Source: Phyllosticta citribraziliensis
Taxonomy: Eukaryota
Direction of reading: 5' to 3'
NCBI RefSeq assembly: GCF_038025025.1
Contig: NW_027117340.1
Location: 434,001 to 498,000 of the forward strand
DNA: 64,000 bases
Made by a program: the position numbers and the translations under genes. Numbering within the stretch: the first letter of the stretch is position 1; every line of letters starts with the position of its first letter. The notes under the pieces are model-generated. The model ran no database searches, was not told where the DNA came from, and saw only the letters and a program-made list of their open reading frames with translations. Shown here piece by piece: positions 35,739 through 48,123 of the stretch.

Positions 35739-38700
35739 ATGGCGGACCAAAAGCAGCCAAACTTGGCGCAGTTCAAGTATGCAGCCATGTCCAACCTGGT
35801 GCTGCAGGCAGACCGACGTTTCGTGTCTCGCCGCACCGACGAAGCAACCGGCGACCCCGAGTCGCTGGCAGGCCGCATCAGCATCAAGGAAATGGGCGGG
35901 CGGGTAGCACGCGACGCGGCGCCGACACAAAAGAAGAAGCCCAAGAACGCGCTCGAGGGGCTGCAGCGGGGCAACATCGACGAAGGCGCCGAGGTGCTCG
36001 AGCGGGAGCGCAAGCGCAAGCGCGGCGGCGCGGAGAGCAACCAGACGCGCGGCGCGGGCATCCTCAGCCAGGCGGACCTGCTCGTCGAGGACCTGCGGTA
36101 CCGGCCCCGGACGCCGGCGACTCGGGCGACGTACGATCTCATCACGACGATTGTGGGGAGGCATTTGGGCGATGTTCCGAACCATGTCGTCAGGAGTGCG
36201 GCCGATGCGGTGCTGGAGTACCTCAAGGACGAAAATCTCAAGGATTTCGACCGCAAGAAGGAGGTTGATGACATTTTGGGAATCAGCATGGGAAGCAAAG
36301 AGTTCAACGAGCTTGTCAACCTGGGGAAAAAGATCACGGACTACGATGCGCAGGATGAGGATGAAGAGATGGGCGATGGTGGCGCAGGGGCAGCCGGTGC
36401 TGATCTGGACGACAGGCAGGGTGTTGCGGTCGTGTTCGACGAAGAGGAGGATGAAGAAGACGCAGGTCAGACATTCGAGGTTCGGGACGAAAACGACACT
36501 TCCGACGAGGAGGACGGCGAATTCGCAGATCGGAATGGCGCAGAAGAAGCGGTAGCTGCTGGCGGAGGAATCGTGCCTGAGGAGGAAGAAGCCAAGCTTG
36601 ACGAGGATGGCATGGTCATCGATGGGTCTGCCGAGGGCGGAAAAGACAAGGACACCAAACTCATCCCAGCCTATGAGATCGACGCCTACTGGTTACAACG
36701 TCAAATCGGTCACATATACGAAGATGCGCATATCCAGCAGGAGAAGTCTCAAAAAGCGCTGCAGTTGTTGGCAGGCGAGCTTGAAGACGGGACGGTGGAG
36801 GAAGACCCTCGCGAGATTGAAAATCATCTCATGGATCTCTTCGACTGGGACCACCATGACTTGATTTCGAAATTGCTGAACAACAGGGACAAGATTGTGT
36901 GGGTGACCAGGTGGCGACGAGTTGAAGATGACCACAGCGCGCGTGCAGCTGTCGAGCGGGAGATGATTGCAAACGGGCACCGAAAGATCTTGAACGAGCT
37001 GAAGACAAGAGAAGAAGCGCCAGCCGACGCGCCGACTCAGAAGAAAATGAAGCTGGATCTCATGGACCTGGACGTCCCCAAGGCCGAGGATACCAAGATG
37101 GTCGATGCCGGCGAAAGAGGTTTGGTGGGCGGGCTCCAGCCTAAGCGCCTCATCAACCTGGAGAATCTTGTCTTTGACCAGGGCAACCACCTCATGACAA
37201 ATCCCAACGTCAAGCTGCCTCAAGGATCGACCAAGCGGACTTTCAAGGGATATGAAGAAATTCATGTCCCTGCTCCAAAGCCGAAGAGAGACCCCAACGA
37301 CCCTCCGGACATGCCAGTCTCCGAGTTACCTGAATGGGCGAGGGTTGGATTCGGCTCGTCCAAGAGCCTGAACCGCATCCAGACCCGCTGCTACCCCACA
37401 GCCTTCAACGACGATGGCAACATGCTGATCTGCGCTCCTACTGGATCTGGTAAGACGAACGTGGCAATGTTGACGATGCTCCGCGAAATCGGCAAGCACA
37501 GGAACCCAGAAACGGGCGAGATCAACCTTGACGAATTCAAGATCATCTACATTGCACCCCTCAAGGCCCTGGTCCAAGAGCAAGTTGGCAACTTCGGAAA
37601 GAGGCTTGAGCCGTACGGCATCAAGGTTTCCGAGCTGACTGGTGACCGACAACTTACGAAGCAACAAATTGCGGACACGCAGGTCATTGTCACTACGCCA
37701 GAGAAGTGGGACGTCATCACTCGCAAGGCTACGGATACGAGCTATACCAACTTGGTCCGCCTGATTTGTATCGACGAAATTCACTTGCTGCACGACGACC
37801 GTGGTCCCGTTCTGGAGAGCATCGTTAGCAGAACCATACGCCGCGTGGAGCAGACTGGCGACCCAGTCCGAATCATCGGTCTCAGTGCTACGCTTCCCAA
37901 CTACCGAGACGTCGCCACCTTCCTCCGTGTCGACCCGATCAAGGGTCTCTTCCATTTTGATGGCAGTTTCAGGCCTTGTCCCCTCAAGCAAGAGTTCATC
38001 GGTGTGACAGACAAGAAGGCTATCAAGCAGCTCAAGATCATGAACGACGTCTGCTACAACAAGGTTCTGGAACAGGTCGGCCAACAAGACAACCAGATGT
38101 TGATCTTCGTGCACTCCAGAAAGGAGACGGCCAAGACTGCGAAGTACATCCGGGACAAGGCGTTGGAGCTCGAGACGATTGGCCAAGTCATACGAAGCGA
38201 TGCGGCTAGTCGAGAGATCCTGCGGACGGAAGCCGACGGCGTGCAAAATTCCGATCTAAAGGACCTCATGCCGTATGGTTTTGGTATCCATCATGCTGGA
38301 ATGAGCCGCGCTGACCGTACTTCGGTCGAGGATCTCTTCGCTGACGGATCGCTACGCGTCCTCGTCTGTACCGCGACACTGGCTTGGGGTGTCAATTTGC
38401 CCGCTCACACGGTCATCATCAAGGGCACGCAGATTTATTCGCCCGAAAAGGGTAGCTGGGTTGAGCTGAGTCCTCAGGATGTGCTTCAGATGCTTGGACG
38501 TGCCGGCCGGCCCCAGTACGACACGTACGGTGAAGGTATCATCATCACAACGCAAACCGAGCTGCAGTATTACCTGTCTCTTATGAACCAGCAACTTCCA
38601 ATCGAGTCACAGTTCATGAGTAGATTGTCGGATAACCTCAACGCCGAGATTGTCCTGGGCAACGTGCGCAGTCGCGACGAAGCGGTCGAGTGGCTTGGCT

Positions 38701-41700
38701 ACACCTATCTCTACGTGCGGATGCTGCGCTCTCCTGGATTGTACAGCGTGGGAGCCGAGTACGAAGATGACGAGTCTCTGGAGCAAAAGCGCGTGGATCT
38801 GATTCACTCTGCCGCTGTTGTATTGGAAAAGTCGAGCCTCGTCAAGTACGACAAGAAATCTGGCAGACTGCAAGCTACTGAGCTGGGTCGCATCGCCTCG
38901 CACTACTACATCACCCACAGCTCGATGCTCACCTACAATCTGCACATCCAACCCAACATCTCTACCATTGAGCTCTTCCGAGTCTTTGCGCTCAGTGATG
39001 AGTTCAAGTACATTCCGGTTCGCCAGGACGAGAAGGTTGAGCTGGCGAAGCTCCTGGGTCGTGTACCTATTCCTGTCAAAGAGAGTATCGAGGAGCCGCA
39101 TGCCAAGATCAACGTCCTGCTTCAAGCTTACATCTCGCGCCTCAAGCTCGAGGGTCTTGCTTTGATGGCTGATTTGGTGTACGTTACGCAATCGGCCGGC
39201 CGTATCCTGCGCGCCATCTTCGAGATTTGCCTCAAGAAGAACTGGGCATCCGTTGCAAAGACGGCATTGGACCTTTGCAAAATGGCCGAGAAGCGCATGT
39301 GGCCGACCATGTCTCCGCTGCGCCAGTTTCCCAGCTGCCCTCGCGACATTGTCCAAAAGGCCGAGCGCATCGATGTCCCTTGGTCCAGCTACTTTGACCT
39401 CGACCCACCGCGCATGGGAGAGATGATGGGTCTGCCTCGTGCCGGACGCACTGTTTGCGGGCTTGTTGAGAAGTTCCCTCGCCTTGAGATCCAGGCCCAC
39501 GTCCAGCCCATGACTCGCACTATGCTCCGCATGGAATTGACCATCACGCCCAACTTTGTTTGGGACGAAACCCTTCACGGGACCGCCGAGAGCTTCTGGA
39601 TCATCGTCGAGGACTGTGATGGCGAGGAGATTCTCTTCCACGACCAGTTCATGCTTCGCCGCGAGTACGCCATGTCGGAGATGAACGAACACCTCGTCGA
39701 GTTTACTGTTCCCATCACCGAGCCTATGCCCCCTCACTACTTTATCAGCGTCGTCTCAGACAGGTGGATGCATTCGGAGACCAAAATTGCCGTCAGCTTC
39801 CAGAAACTGATCCTTCCGGAGAAGTTCCCGCAGCCCACCCCGTTGTTGGACATGCAGCCCCTTCCGGTGGCTGCTCTCAAGAGGCCGGACTTCCAGGCTC
39901 TTTACCCTGACTGGGAGCGTTTCAACAAGGTCCAAACGCAAACTTTCCCTTCACTGTTCCAGATGGACGAGAATGTCTTTGTTGGAGCTGCAACGGGAAT
40001 GGGAAAGACGGTCTGCGCCGAGTTTTCTCTGTTGCGTCACTGGTCCAAGTCGGATGAGGGGCGCGCAGTCTACCTTGCACCGTTCCAGGAGCTCGTCGAT
40101 AACAGGCTGAAGGACTGGCAACAGCGCCTCGCTAAGGTCGCAGGCGGGAAGAGTATTGTCAAGTTGACAGGCGAAACGACGGCCGATCTTCGACTTCTCG
40201 AGCAGGGAGACTTGATCCTTGCCACTCCCGCCCAATGGGATGTTATCTCAAGGCAGTGGCAGCGCCGCAAAAACGTCCAGAGCGTGAAGCTACTCATTGC
40301 CGACGACCTGCAAATGATCGGCGGTCAAGGCGGACACACATACGAGACCGTGGTATCCCGCATGCACGCCATGACGCTCCAGCTCGAGTCGGAAATGCGC
40401 ATCGTCGGCCTCAGCGTGTCCCTCGCAAACGCCCGCGATATTGGAGAGTGGATTGGAGCAACGAAGCAGACCATTTTCAACTTCAGCCCGCACGTCCGCG
40501 CCGTCCCTCTGGAGCTGCACATCCAATCATTCACCATTCCCCACTTCCCATCGCTCATGCTGGCTATGGCCAAGCCAGCTTACCAGTCTGTGCTGCAGCT
40601 GTCGCCCGACAAGCCCGCCATGATTTTTGTGCCCAGCAGGAAGCAGGTCCGTAACACCGCGCTGGACCTGTTGGCAAATTGCGTGGCCGACGACGACGAA
40701 GATCGGTTTTTGCATGCCCCTATCGAGGAGATGCAGCCTGTTCTTGAGAGAATCAACGAGCCGGCGCTGGCTGAGTCGCTCTCTCACGGCATTGGCTACT
40801 TCCATGAGGCCCTGAGTTCGTTCGATAAGAAGGCCGTCGAGCACTTTTTCCGCATTGGCGCCATTCAGGTGCTCCTTGTGTCGAGGGACTGCTGCTGGGA
40901 GATCAACGTCAATGCCCACCTTGTCGTTGTCATGAACACGCAGTTCTTTGAAGGCAGGGAGCACAGGTACATCGACTACCCCCTGACCGAGATTCTGCAG
41001 ATGTTTGGCAAGGCCGGCAGAGCAGGCGACGAAAAGATCAGCAGGGGTGTCTTGATGCTGCCCGCGGTCAAGCGCGACTATTACAAAAAGTTCTTGAACG
41101 AGTCGCTGCCAATTGAGTCGCACCTCCAAGTCTACCTGCACGATGCATTTGTCGCCGAGATCAGCACTCGTATGATCACTTCGACTCAAGACGCCGTTGA
41201 CTGGTCCACCTACACCTACTTCTACCGGAGGCTGCTTGCCAACCCAAGCTACTACGGACTGACGGACATTTCGCATGAGGGGCTCAGCGCGCACTTGTCC
41301 GAGCTCGTCGAGGCGACCATCAAGGACCTGGTCGACGCCAAGATTATCGAGCTTGACGAAGAAGACGACAGCATTGCTCCTCTCAACCCAGCCATGATTG
41401 CGGCTTACTACAACATCTCCTTCATCACGATGCAGACTTTCCTGCTGTCGCTCAACGCGCGCACCAAGCTTAAGGGCATCCTCGAAATTATTACCTCGGC
41501 AACTGAATTCGAGAGCGTCCAAATACGGCGACACGAAGATACAATCCTGCGCCGAATCCACGACCGCCTTCCCGTCAAGATGGCGTCGGGGTCGGACGAG
41601 TCGCCGCACTTCAAGGCCTTTGTCCTCCTCCAAGCGCACTTTTCGCGCATGCAGCTCCCCATCGACCTGGCCAAGGATCAAGAAACCATCCTGCGCAAGG

Positions 41701-42413
41701 TACTTCCCTTGCTCAGTGCCACGGTCGACGTGCTCTCTTCCGAAGGCCACCTCAACGCCATGAACGCCATGGAAATCAGCCAAATGGCGGTGCAAGCCAT
41801 GTGGGACCGCGACTCGCCGCTCAAGCAGATCCCGCACTTTGACGACGCGCTGGCATCCAAGGTGTCGTCACTCGGAGTGCGCGACATTCCCGACTTCATT
41901 GAAGCCATGGATCCAGACGACGAGCGCCACGGCAAGCTGGTCAAGGCGCTCGGCTTCGAGCAGGCGCAGCTCGCCGACGCGGCCCGCTTCGTCAACGAAT
42001 ACTACCCGGACCTGTCCATCGACTTTGTCGTCGAGGAGCCCGACAACATCGTCGCGGGCGCGCCGGCGTATCTCGCCGTCACCATCACGCGCGAGATGGA
42101 CGAGGAGGACGAGGCGCCCAAGGGCGAGGTCCACGCGCCCTTCTTCCCCGCGCAAAAGAGCGAGAATTGGTGGCTCGTCGTCGGCGACGAGCAGGAGCGC
42201 AGCTTGCTCGCCATCAAGCGCGTCACTGTCGGTCGCGAACTCAAGACGCGCCTCGAATACGTCGTTCCCAAGGAGGGCGAGCACGAGCTGACGCTCTACT
42301 TGATGAGCGATAGCTACATGGGCGTTGACCAGGCGCCGACTTTCAAGGTCACGGCGGCTGAGGGCATGGATGAGGATGAGGATGAGGACGAAGAGGAGGA
42401 CGAAGAAGAGTAG
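35739..42413 (+). CDS. BRR2: U5 snRNP 200 kDa DExH RNA helicase Brr2 (single exon)
   Basis: 2224-aa ORF. AMSNLVLQADRR N-terminus, APTGSGKT, DEIH, GLSATLPN, QMLGRAGRPQYD, a second degenerate helicase cassette (DDLQ) and two Sec63 units. Confidence 0.98.
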   Translation: MADQKQPNLAQFKYAAMSNLVLQADRRFVSRRTDEATGDPESLAGRISIKEMGGRVARDAAPTQKKKPKNALEGLQRGNIDEGAEVLERERKRKRGGAESNQTRGAGILSQADLLVEDLRYRPRTPATRATYDLITTIVGRHLGDVPNHVVRSAADAVLEYLKDENLKDFDRKKEVDDILGISMGSKEFNELVNLGKKITDYDAQDEDEEMGDGGAGAAGADLDDRQGVAVVFDEEEDEEDAGQTFEVRDENDTSDEEDGEFADRNGAEEAVAAGGGIVPEEEEAKLDEDGMVIDGSAEGGKDKDTKLIPAYEIDAYWLQRQIGHIYEDAHIQQEKSQKALQLLAGELEDGTVEEDPREIENHLMDLFDWDHHDLISKLLNNRDKIVWVTRWRRVEDDHSARAAVEREMIANGHRKILNELKTREEAPADAPTQKKMKLDLMDLDVPKAEDTKMVDAGERGLVGGLQPKRLINLENLVFDQGNHLMTNPNVKLPQGSTKRTFKGYEEIHVPAPKPKRDPNDPPDMPVSELPEWARVGFGSSKSLNRIQTRCYPTAFNDDGNMLICAPTGSGKTNVAMLTMLREIGKHRNPETGEINLDEFKIIYIAPLKALVQEQVGNFGKRLEPYGIKVSELTGDRQLTKQQIADTQVIVTTPEKWDVITRKATDTSYTNLVRLICIDEIHLLHDDRGPVLESIVSRTIRRVEQTGDPVRIIGLSATLPNYRDVATFLRVDPIKGLFHFDGSFRPCPLKQEFIGVTDKKAIKQLKIMNDVCYNKVLEQVGQQDNQMLIFVHSRKETAKTAKYIRDKALELETIGQVIRSDAASREILRTEADGVQNSDLKDLMPYGFGIHHAGMSRADRTSVEDLFADGSLRVLVCTATLAWGVNLPAHTVIIKGTQIYSPEKGSWVELSPQDVLQMLGRAGRPQYDTYGEGIIITTQTELQYYLSLMNQQLPIESQFMSRLSDNLNAEIVLGNVRSRDEAVEWLGYTYLYVRMLRSPGLYSVGAEYEDDESLEQKRVDLIHSAAVVLEKSSLVKYDKKSGRLQATELGRIASHYYITHSSMLTYNLHIQPNISTIELFRVFALSDEFKYIPVRQDEKVELAKLLGRVPIPVKESIEEPHAKINVLLQAYISRLKLEGLALMADLVYVTQSAGRILRAIFEICLKKNWASVAKTALDLCKMAEKRMWPTMSPLRQFPSCPRDIVQKAERIDVPWSSYFDLDPPRMGEMMGLPRAGRTVCGLVEKFPRLEIQAHVQPMTRTMLRMELTITPNFVWDETLHGTAESFWIIVEDCDGEEILFHDQFMLRREYAMSEMNEHLVEFTVPITEPMPPHYFISVVSDRWMHSETKIAVSFQKLILPEKFPQPTPLLDMQPLPVAALKRPDFQALYPDWERFNKVQTQTFPSLFQMDENVFVGAATGMGKTVCAEFSLLRHWSKSDEGRAVYLAPFQELVDNRLKDWQQRLAKVAGGKSIVKLTGETTADLRLLEQGDLILATPAQWDVISRQWQRRKNVQSVKLLIADDLQMIGGQGGHTYETVVSRMHAMTLQLESEMRIVGLSVSLANARDIGEWIGATKQTIFNFSPHVRAVPLELHIQSFTIPHFPSLMLAMAKPAYQSVLQLSPDKPAMIFVPSRKQVRNTALDLLANCVADDDEDRFLHAPIEEMQPVLERINEPALAESLSHGIGYFHEALSSFDKKAVEHFFRIGAIQVLLVSRDCCWEINVNAHLVVVMNTQFFEGREHRYIDYPLTEILQMFGKAGRAGDEKISRGVLMLPAVKRDYYKKFLNESLPIESHLQVYLHDAFVAEISTRMITSTQDAVDWSTYTYFYRRLLANPSYYGLTDISHEGLSAHLSELVEATIKDLVDAKIIELDEEDDSIAPLNPAMIAAYYNISFITMQTFLLSLNARTKLKGILEIITSATEFESVQIRRHEDTILRRIHDRLPVKMASGSDESPHFKAFVLLQAHFSRMQLPIDLAKDQETILRKVLPLLSATVDVLSSEGHLNAMNAMEISQMAVQAMWDRDSPLKQIPHFDDALASKVSSLGVRDIPDFIEAMDPDDERHGKLVKALGFEQAQLADAARFVNEYYPDLSIDFVVEEPDNIVAGAPAYLAVTITREMDEEDEAPKGEVHAPFFPAQKSENWWLVVGDEQERSLLAIKRVTVGRELKTRLEYVVPKEGEHELTLYLMSDSYMGVDQAPTFKVTAAEGMDEDEDEDEEEDEEE

Positions 42414-42823
42414 AGAGCTGTTGAATAGTCGCTTGGTTGGTCAGTTGCTTGGGCAATAATGCAAAACGGCGTTTGAATTTGGTGGGCGTTGAAGCGGATC
42501 TCTCTCTCTTTCAAGTATGTATATGTAGACTTGGCAATCCTAACTCCTCATGCTAAAAATCTGCGTCTTGCACCATGATGATTTCGAGGGCTACTTTCTA
42601 GGCCTCTCACGCGAGCTGACTGGTGGATGCGCCGGCCATTCTGTTAAAATGATAAAGATTGAATGCTACTACTCCACATGAACGCGTCAAGAGATTAGTG
42701 GAGAACGGCCGTCAAGAAAGGAAAACGCCCACGCAATGCCAAAAATGCCGAAAACAACCCGCTCCGCTGACCATGCAAGCCAACCCCTATCACCTTCGCT
42801 CAATGCTCTCTAAGTGGGACGAT

Positions 42824-44173
42824 TTACAACTTCGAAGTCTTTTCAAAGATGGCCTTTGCGTGCGCCACCTCCTTCTCCAAGTCCTCGTTCCAGATCCAGT
42901 CCATGCGCGTCCGGAGGTCTTCGGCGATCTTGTCGACATTGTCCTCGACGCCGTTGAGCTCAAAGTCGTACAGCTGGCCGCACGCATGGCTGGTGGTGAC
43001 GAGCCGGTGGGTGCGCTCGATGCGGACCTGCTCGAACGCCTTGAACGCAGCGTGGAGATGGTCGGCAGACGAGACGCCACCCAGAATCTCGGCCAAGACG
43101 TACGCGTCTTCGATGGCCATGCCGGCACCAGAGCCCTGGTGGGGCGTCGTAGCGTGCGCGGCGTCGCCGATGATGGCGATGCGGTCGCGGACGTACGTCT
43201 TGGCTGGCAGATGGTTGAAGAGGGCCCAAATGTCCGTCTTTTGCATCAGAGTGATGATGGACTGGACGTGCGAGGACCAGCCGGCAAAGTCGTTGCGGAG
43301 GTCGTCCTTTGTGGTGGACACGACCCAAGAGGGATCATCCCAACTCGGTTTGCTGGCAAAGGCGACGACTGCGGGGGAACGTTAGAGAGCGATTCAAGAA
43401 TGAAATGCGGGGATAGACTTGCCGTTCATCGTCTTTCCCTTCTCGACAGGGAAGGTCAGCACGTGGCCGTGGTAGCCAAGGTACATTTGCGAGTTGCGTG
43501 CAAGCTCGTCGCCCAGCAGCTCAGCAGCTTGGTCCATGGGGATGAGACCGCGATACGCGTATTTTCCAGAAAAGACGGCCTTTGCAGCTGGGTCGTTCTC
43601 GCCAAGGACAACCTGCCTCGTACGGCTCTTGATGCCGTCGCAGCCAATAGCGGCACTGTGAACGGCTTCGGTGCCGTCATGGAACTTGAGCTTGACGTTG
43701 CCGTCGGATAGGTTCTCAATGTCCGAGAGGCGCTTGCCAAACTTTGCGATGCTGTCTGGCACAAGCTTGACCAATTCGTCGAGGAAGCGTGCGCGGTGGA
43801 CGTAGGCCGAGGGTCGCGGGGTCTGGACGCTGTGGATGAGCTCGCCCATGCCTGCGTCCTTGTCGGCACCGCTGTGAGCGCCGTGGCCTACACCACGGCG
43901 AAAGTCGAACCAGATGTTGTTTTTCGACTCCCATTGGTTGAATGTTGCGACCCGTTCGAAGCCGGCCTTGACATCGGGGCCGATTGATTCCATGGCGTTA
44001 ACTGCGTTGGTGCCGAGAGCCACACCGGCGCCGATTTCGCCAAAAGCCGCGGCGGATTCATAGAGCGTGACGGGAATTTTGTGCTTGAGGAGGCCAATGG
44101 TCAAACAGAGACCAGCAATACCGCCGCCAACGACGGCAACGTCAAAGGACTTGGTGGTGTTGTTGGTTGTCAT
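42824..44173 (-). CDS. FAD-dependent monooxygenase, salicylate hydroxylase-like; one intron ~43370-43420
   Basis: VAVVGGGIAG, FGEIGAGV, VHRARFLDEL, IGCDGIKS, GDAAHATTPHQGSGAGMAIEDAYVL. Confidence 0.92.
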
Positions 44174-45304
44174 GGTTCTTTCTGAGTTGATTGTCGATGA
44201 AGACGGAAGAAATTGGGGTATTTGAGTTAAGTAATAGTTGATGACGTCGATGGTAGAGAAGTGTACAGAGGCTTCGGATGCTCTTGATGATGAACAAGAA
44301 AAGATTGATTTACAAGACGGAATTCCCGAGACTATATAGAAATGAAGGAGGTTACGCCGCAAGACATCGGAGAGAGTCGAGAGCGAAGCCTCGTGCGAGG
44401 ACGCTCTGCCCAGGGTGTTGTCCTTGCCATGGTGATGAGGGCGTCGGATGAGGGCCGACGGAAGCGGGCCCTCAGGACGGGGATTGGCTGTTTGGGAGCA
44501 ATATGACGATGCATATCCGAAAAGGGCGATCTCACCTAGGGCCGCCCAGTGGCGCCCGGGTCGGCATGCCGAGAGGTCGGGGTTGCGAAGCTGGCGAGGT
44601 GGTGGACAAAGGGGGCGCTGCGGATGAACGGCACCGGGTGGTGTCTGGTTGGGCCTCGTACGAGAAGCAGTGGAGATTCCATTGAAGTTGTCGTCGTGGT
44701 CAGGTCGTTGTCTTGGAACCCGGTTTGTGGAAAAGTGTATGTACGTGAAGCATGCGAGGCTTATGTCAGCCAAAGCTTAGCTCAGGTCACGGTTACGACG
44801 GTCGCGGTCACGGGCGCATCACGTGCATCTCTTATCTCTTATCGGGCGTGGCCTGAGAGCAGGGAGGGAGAGGTCGAAGGAACCTAAGGAAGCGAGCGGG
44901 GTACGGTAGGAACTGGAACTGGACCTGGAACGTCACTCAACTACCTTACTGCCTGCGCTCCTCTCAACAACACCAGACCTCCCTCGTCCCTGCTAGGCTT
45001 GACGGCTTCGGCCACTCGTTTTGCTCGCTCTCTTTGCAAGTCAAGTCGCCCATTTGGTCCTTCTCGAGCTATTCTAGTGCCCTCCTCGGCCTGCTTCCGC
45101 CCCCGCTCTTGGAATCTCCCCGCTTTAACCACTCCCGTCGTCCTGAACGCCATATCCATCCCATTAATACACGGCTTCCTTGCTCGTCCACGTGGCGCTT
45201 GCTCTTGCTACCGGCCCCATAGTCTAGCTGCTCGCAAGGTCTGCATTTCACACGCTCTAAAAACGTCTTGACCCGTCACGAGACTTGTTCTGCCCTTCGA
45301 AGCC

Positions 45305-46820
45305 ATGGGAGATGTCCGGACAGAACCGCCCGCCGCCGACCTAGTCCTGCAGCATCAGGATATAGAAACTGCTCCTGAAGAAGTAACCGTGCTTGTGACG
45401 GGCTTTGGCGTAAGTCTTGCCTTTGCGTTTATGCCCAATGCTCATGCATAATCTCCCTCTGCCAAAACATGTTCCACTGCGTTTTCCATGGCTCCACCAC
45501 GTTGACATGTAACTCGACATGTCTCTCGTGCCACCCTAGCCCACAAGCCCCTTACGTGTGCACCATTGTCATTGCACATTTGTCTTCCTGCTTTTCGTCA
45601 TTCTTTCTTTCCGTACATTGTTTTGTTTCCACACGTTCGGATGTTGCACTTCGGACCTTTTTCTCCATCATGATGCCGTCATACCCGCGCCTTTGCTTGC
45701 TTACGGCCTTCCGTTCCATGAGAGCGATGAGGCGTAAGTGCCTCATGCAGCTCGACTATTTTGGGGGTTGTTTTTTTTTTTTTTTTTTTATTCTCTTTCT
45801 CTTTCAGTCTTACGCCCCTTTCACGCCTTCAGCTTGCTTGCTTCGTAGGCCCTGAACGATGTAAAAGAGGGGATACTCAAACAGGCCAGAAAATGCTAAC
45901 AATTGAACCGCTAGCCTTTCCTGGCCCAGTTCCCAATCAATCCCTCCCACGAAATTACCAAACTTCTACCAACAACACTCCTTCCTGACCCGAGCGAACC
46001 TACAAATCCTCGAATTCGACTCATTATCCACCCCTCTCCTCTTCCTGTGGCCTACCACCCCACCGCGACCATCGTGCCCACCATACTCTCTGCTCGAACC
46101 CCCGATCTCGTGCTGCACCTTGGTCTCGCCGCCGGTCGTAACTACTTTGCCCTGGAGCGGTCGAGTGTGCGCATTGGATATGGTCGCAACAAGGACGTCC
46201 TCGGCCAGCGCTGGACAGATGTCGACTCAGACAGGCAGTGGCCGAGCCATCTCAAGGCATTTACCGAGGGAGATGGGAAACTTTGCTCGTACCCAGATCG
46301 CCTGGCAACGTCACTGCCTTTCGAGGACATATGGCGACGCTGGCGATCACTGTGCGCCGACATCGAAGGAGTCGGAGACGGCACCTCCAGCGCCACGTAC
46401 GTGACGACAATCTCGACGCCGCCGCACCAAACAGGGGTTCCGATTCCCCCACCCGCAGGCGCAGCAACGTCGAGACCGTGGAACAGAGTCGAAGTGCGGC
46501 CGAGCGACGACGTGGGCAGCTTCCTGTGCGGCTTCATCTACTGGACGACGCTGGCGTGGTTTTGGGCGCTGCACCAGCAAAAGCAAAAGGAGGACAAGGA
46601 AAGAGAATATGCCGGCCTCCAACCAGAGCCGCAGCAACCACGGCGACTAGCAGCGCCCGAGGATGATGGGGAACGGCCCGTGCTGTTCCTGCATGTCCCC
46701 GGGTGCCCAGAAGAAAGAGATTTGCAGCGCGGCAAGGAAATTACCGTTGCTGCCATTCGGGCAATGGTTGCGTCGTGGCTGGGGCAGAAGAGGCGCAGAG
46801 CCAACGACTTTGTCGTGTGA
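45305..46820 (+). CDS. Pyroglutamyl-peptidase I (peptidase C15); long intron 45410-45914
   Basis: VLVTGFG|PF...NPSHEI across the splice, PDLVLHLGLA, catalytic Glu (FALER), Cys (DVGSFLCGFIY) and His (VLFLHVP). Confidence 0.88.
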
Positions 46821-48123
46821 GTATCAGATGTGACGGCAAGACAGAACGGCAGATGGCAAGAGTTGGGACGCTTTTGTACACAATAACGGCCTTGGCCTCC
46901 TGTTCTTGTCCTTACAGCTTTGCGCTATTTTATGATTTGGAACATTCGTGGGTTCGCGGTTTCGGCTTTTTTCAGCATAAGAAATGTGAGACTTTTTCAA
47001 GATTGTATCTATACATCATCACTATACTGAGCGAGGTGTATGTACATACGCACCGTGGGTTCTTCAGTTATACGAACAGACCAGCATCTTCCGGCATACA
47101 CACTCAAGCAACGGCCAATACAATCTTCTCTATCAAAACCTTCTGAAACAGCACCTCCCAATCAAATGAATCAAAGCATCCACAGCCGCCTATTAACCTG
47201 CACAATAAGCATCCTCAACCCTATTTCAGAACCAACCTGTCCATCCGCTTTCACCTTCCTCCAGTTACTGCGCAATCACTCACCTCATCTTCCCCACACC
47301 CGCTCCTCTCGAACGAACGCTCCCTCTCCCTATCCCTCTCCCTCCCTCATCCGCGCCCCTCCCTTCTCCCGTCCTCTCCCCGCCGCACAGCACCCCCCCG
47401 CTATCGGCCCCCACACGCGTGTGCGACGCGTCGCACAAGCACCACCGGACCGCGACCTCGTCGCGTGTAACATGACGGACGCACCACCCGCCGCCCGCCC
47501 ATGCACGCCAGGTTCGGATCGGTTCGGCTCGGTTGTCGGGCCTCCGGGACCACGGCACGCAGCGGTGGGGCCAGGTATGTGGCTTGCGGAACGATTTGGA
47601 GGCGTTGCTTGTTTGCGTGGACAAAGTCGGTTGCAGATGGTTGGTTGGGGGCTATTGTCGAAGTATTGCGTGTGCTGAGCGGCGACAGCTGGGTTTGGTG
47701 CATCAATCGCTCGTGTTTGGGGGTGTGTGATGTGATGCGGTGCAGGCGGAGTGTGTCGGGCTGCAGGTGAGAGGGATGGGATGGGACATTCGTCAGAAGA
47801 GACGGTGGGAAGGAGAGGCTGGGGGCTGAGATGTTGGGATGCGGGTGTCGGACGACTTGACTGAGAGGCACGGCTTTTGCAGCGTCGGGTCGGATAAGAA
47901 GAGTATTAGATTCGTGCTTCTGATACCGTTCGGAAGAGCGCAGCTAAGAATGCCAGAGACGTTGCTTCGCAGAAGCAATGATGACGAAAGCCAGTCGGTC
48001 CCCGCAAGAGAATCTTCCGAAACGCCAGTCAACGGTGAAGGCAAACAGCGGGCAAAAGCCAGGAACAAAAGGGTCCACCTTTCCTACAGCTGACAAATGC
48101 GAAAGGCTCACCCCCGTACCAAA

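Noticed and set aside
36693..41837. Long antisense ORFs opposite BRR2 (also opposite HTS1, PRP4, STT3, the monooxygenase and RRN3)
   Set aside because: These are shadow ORFs caused by the codon bias of the sense gene.
45410..45914. TPP riboswitch in the long intron
   Set aside because: The conserved CUGAGA and CUGAU...AAU..C.GCG.AGG elements were not found, and the gene is not thiamine-related.
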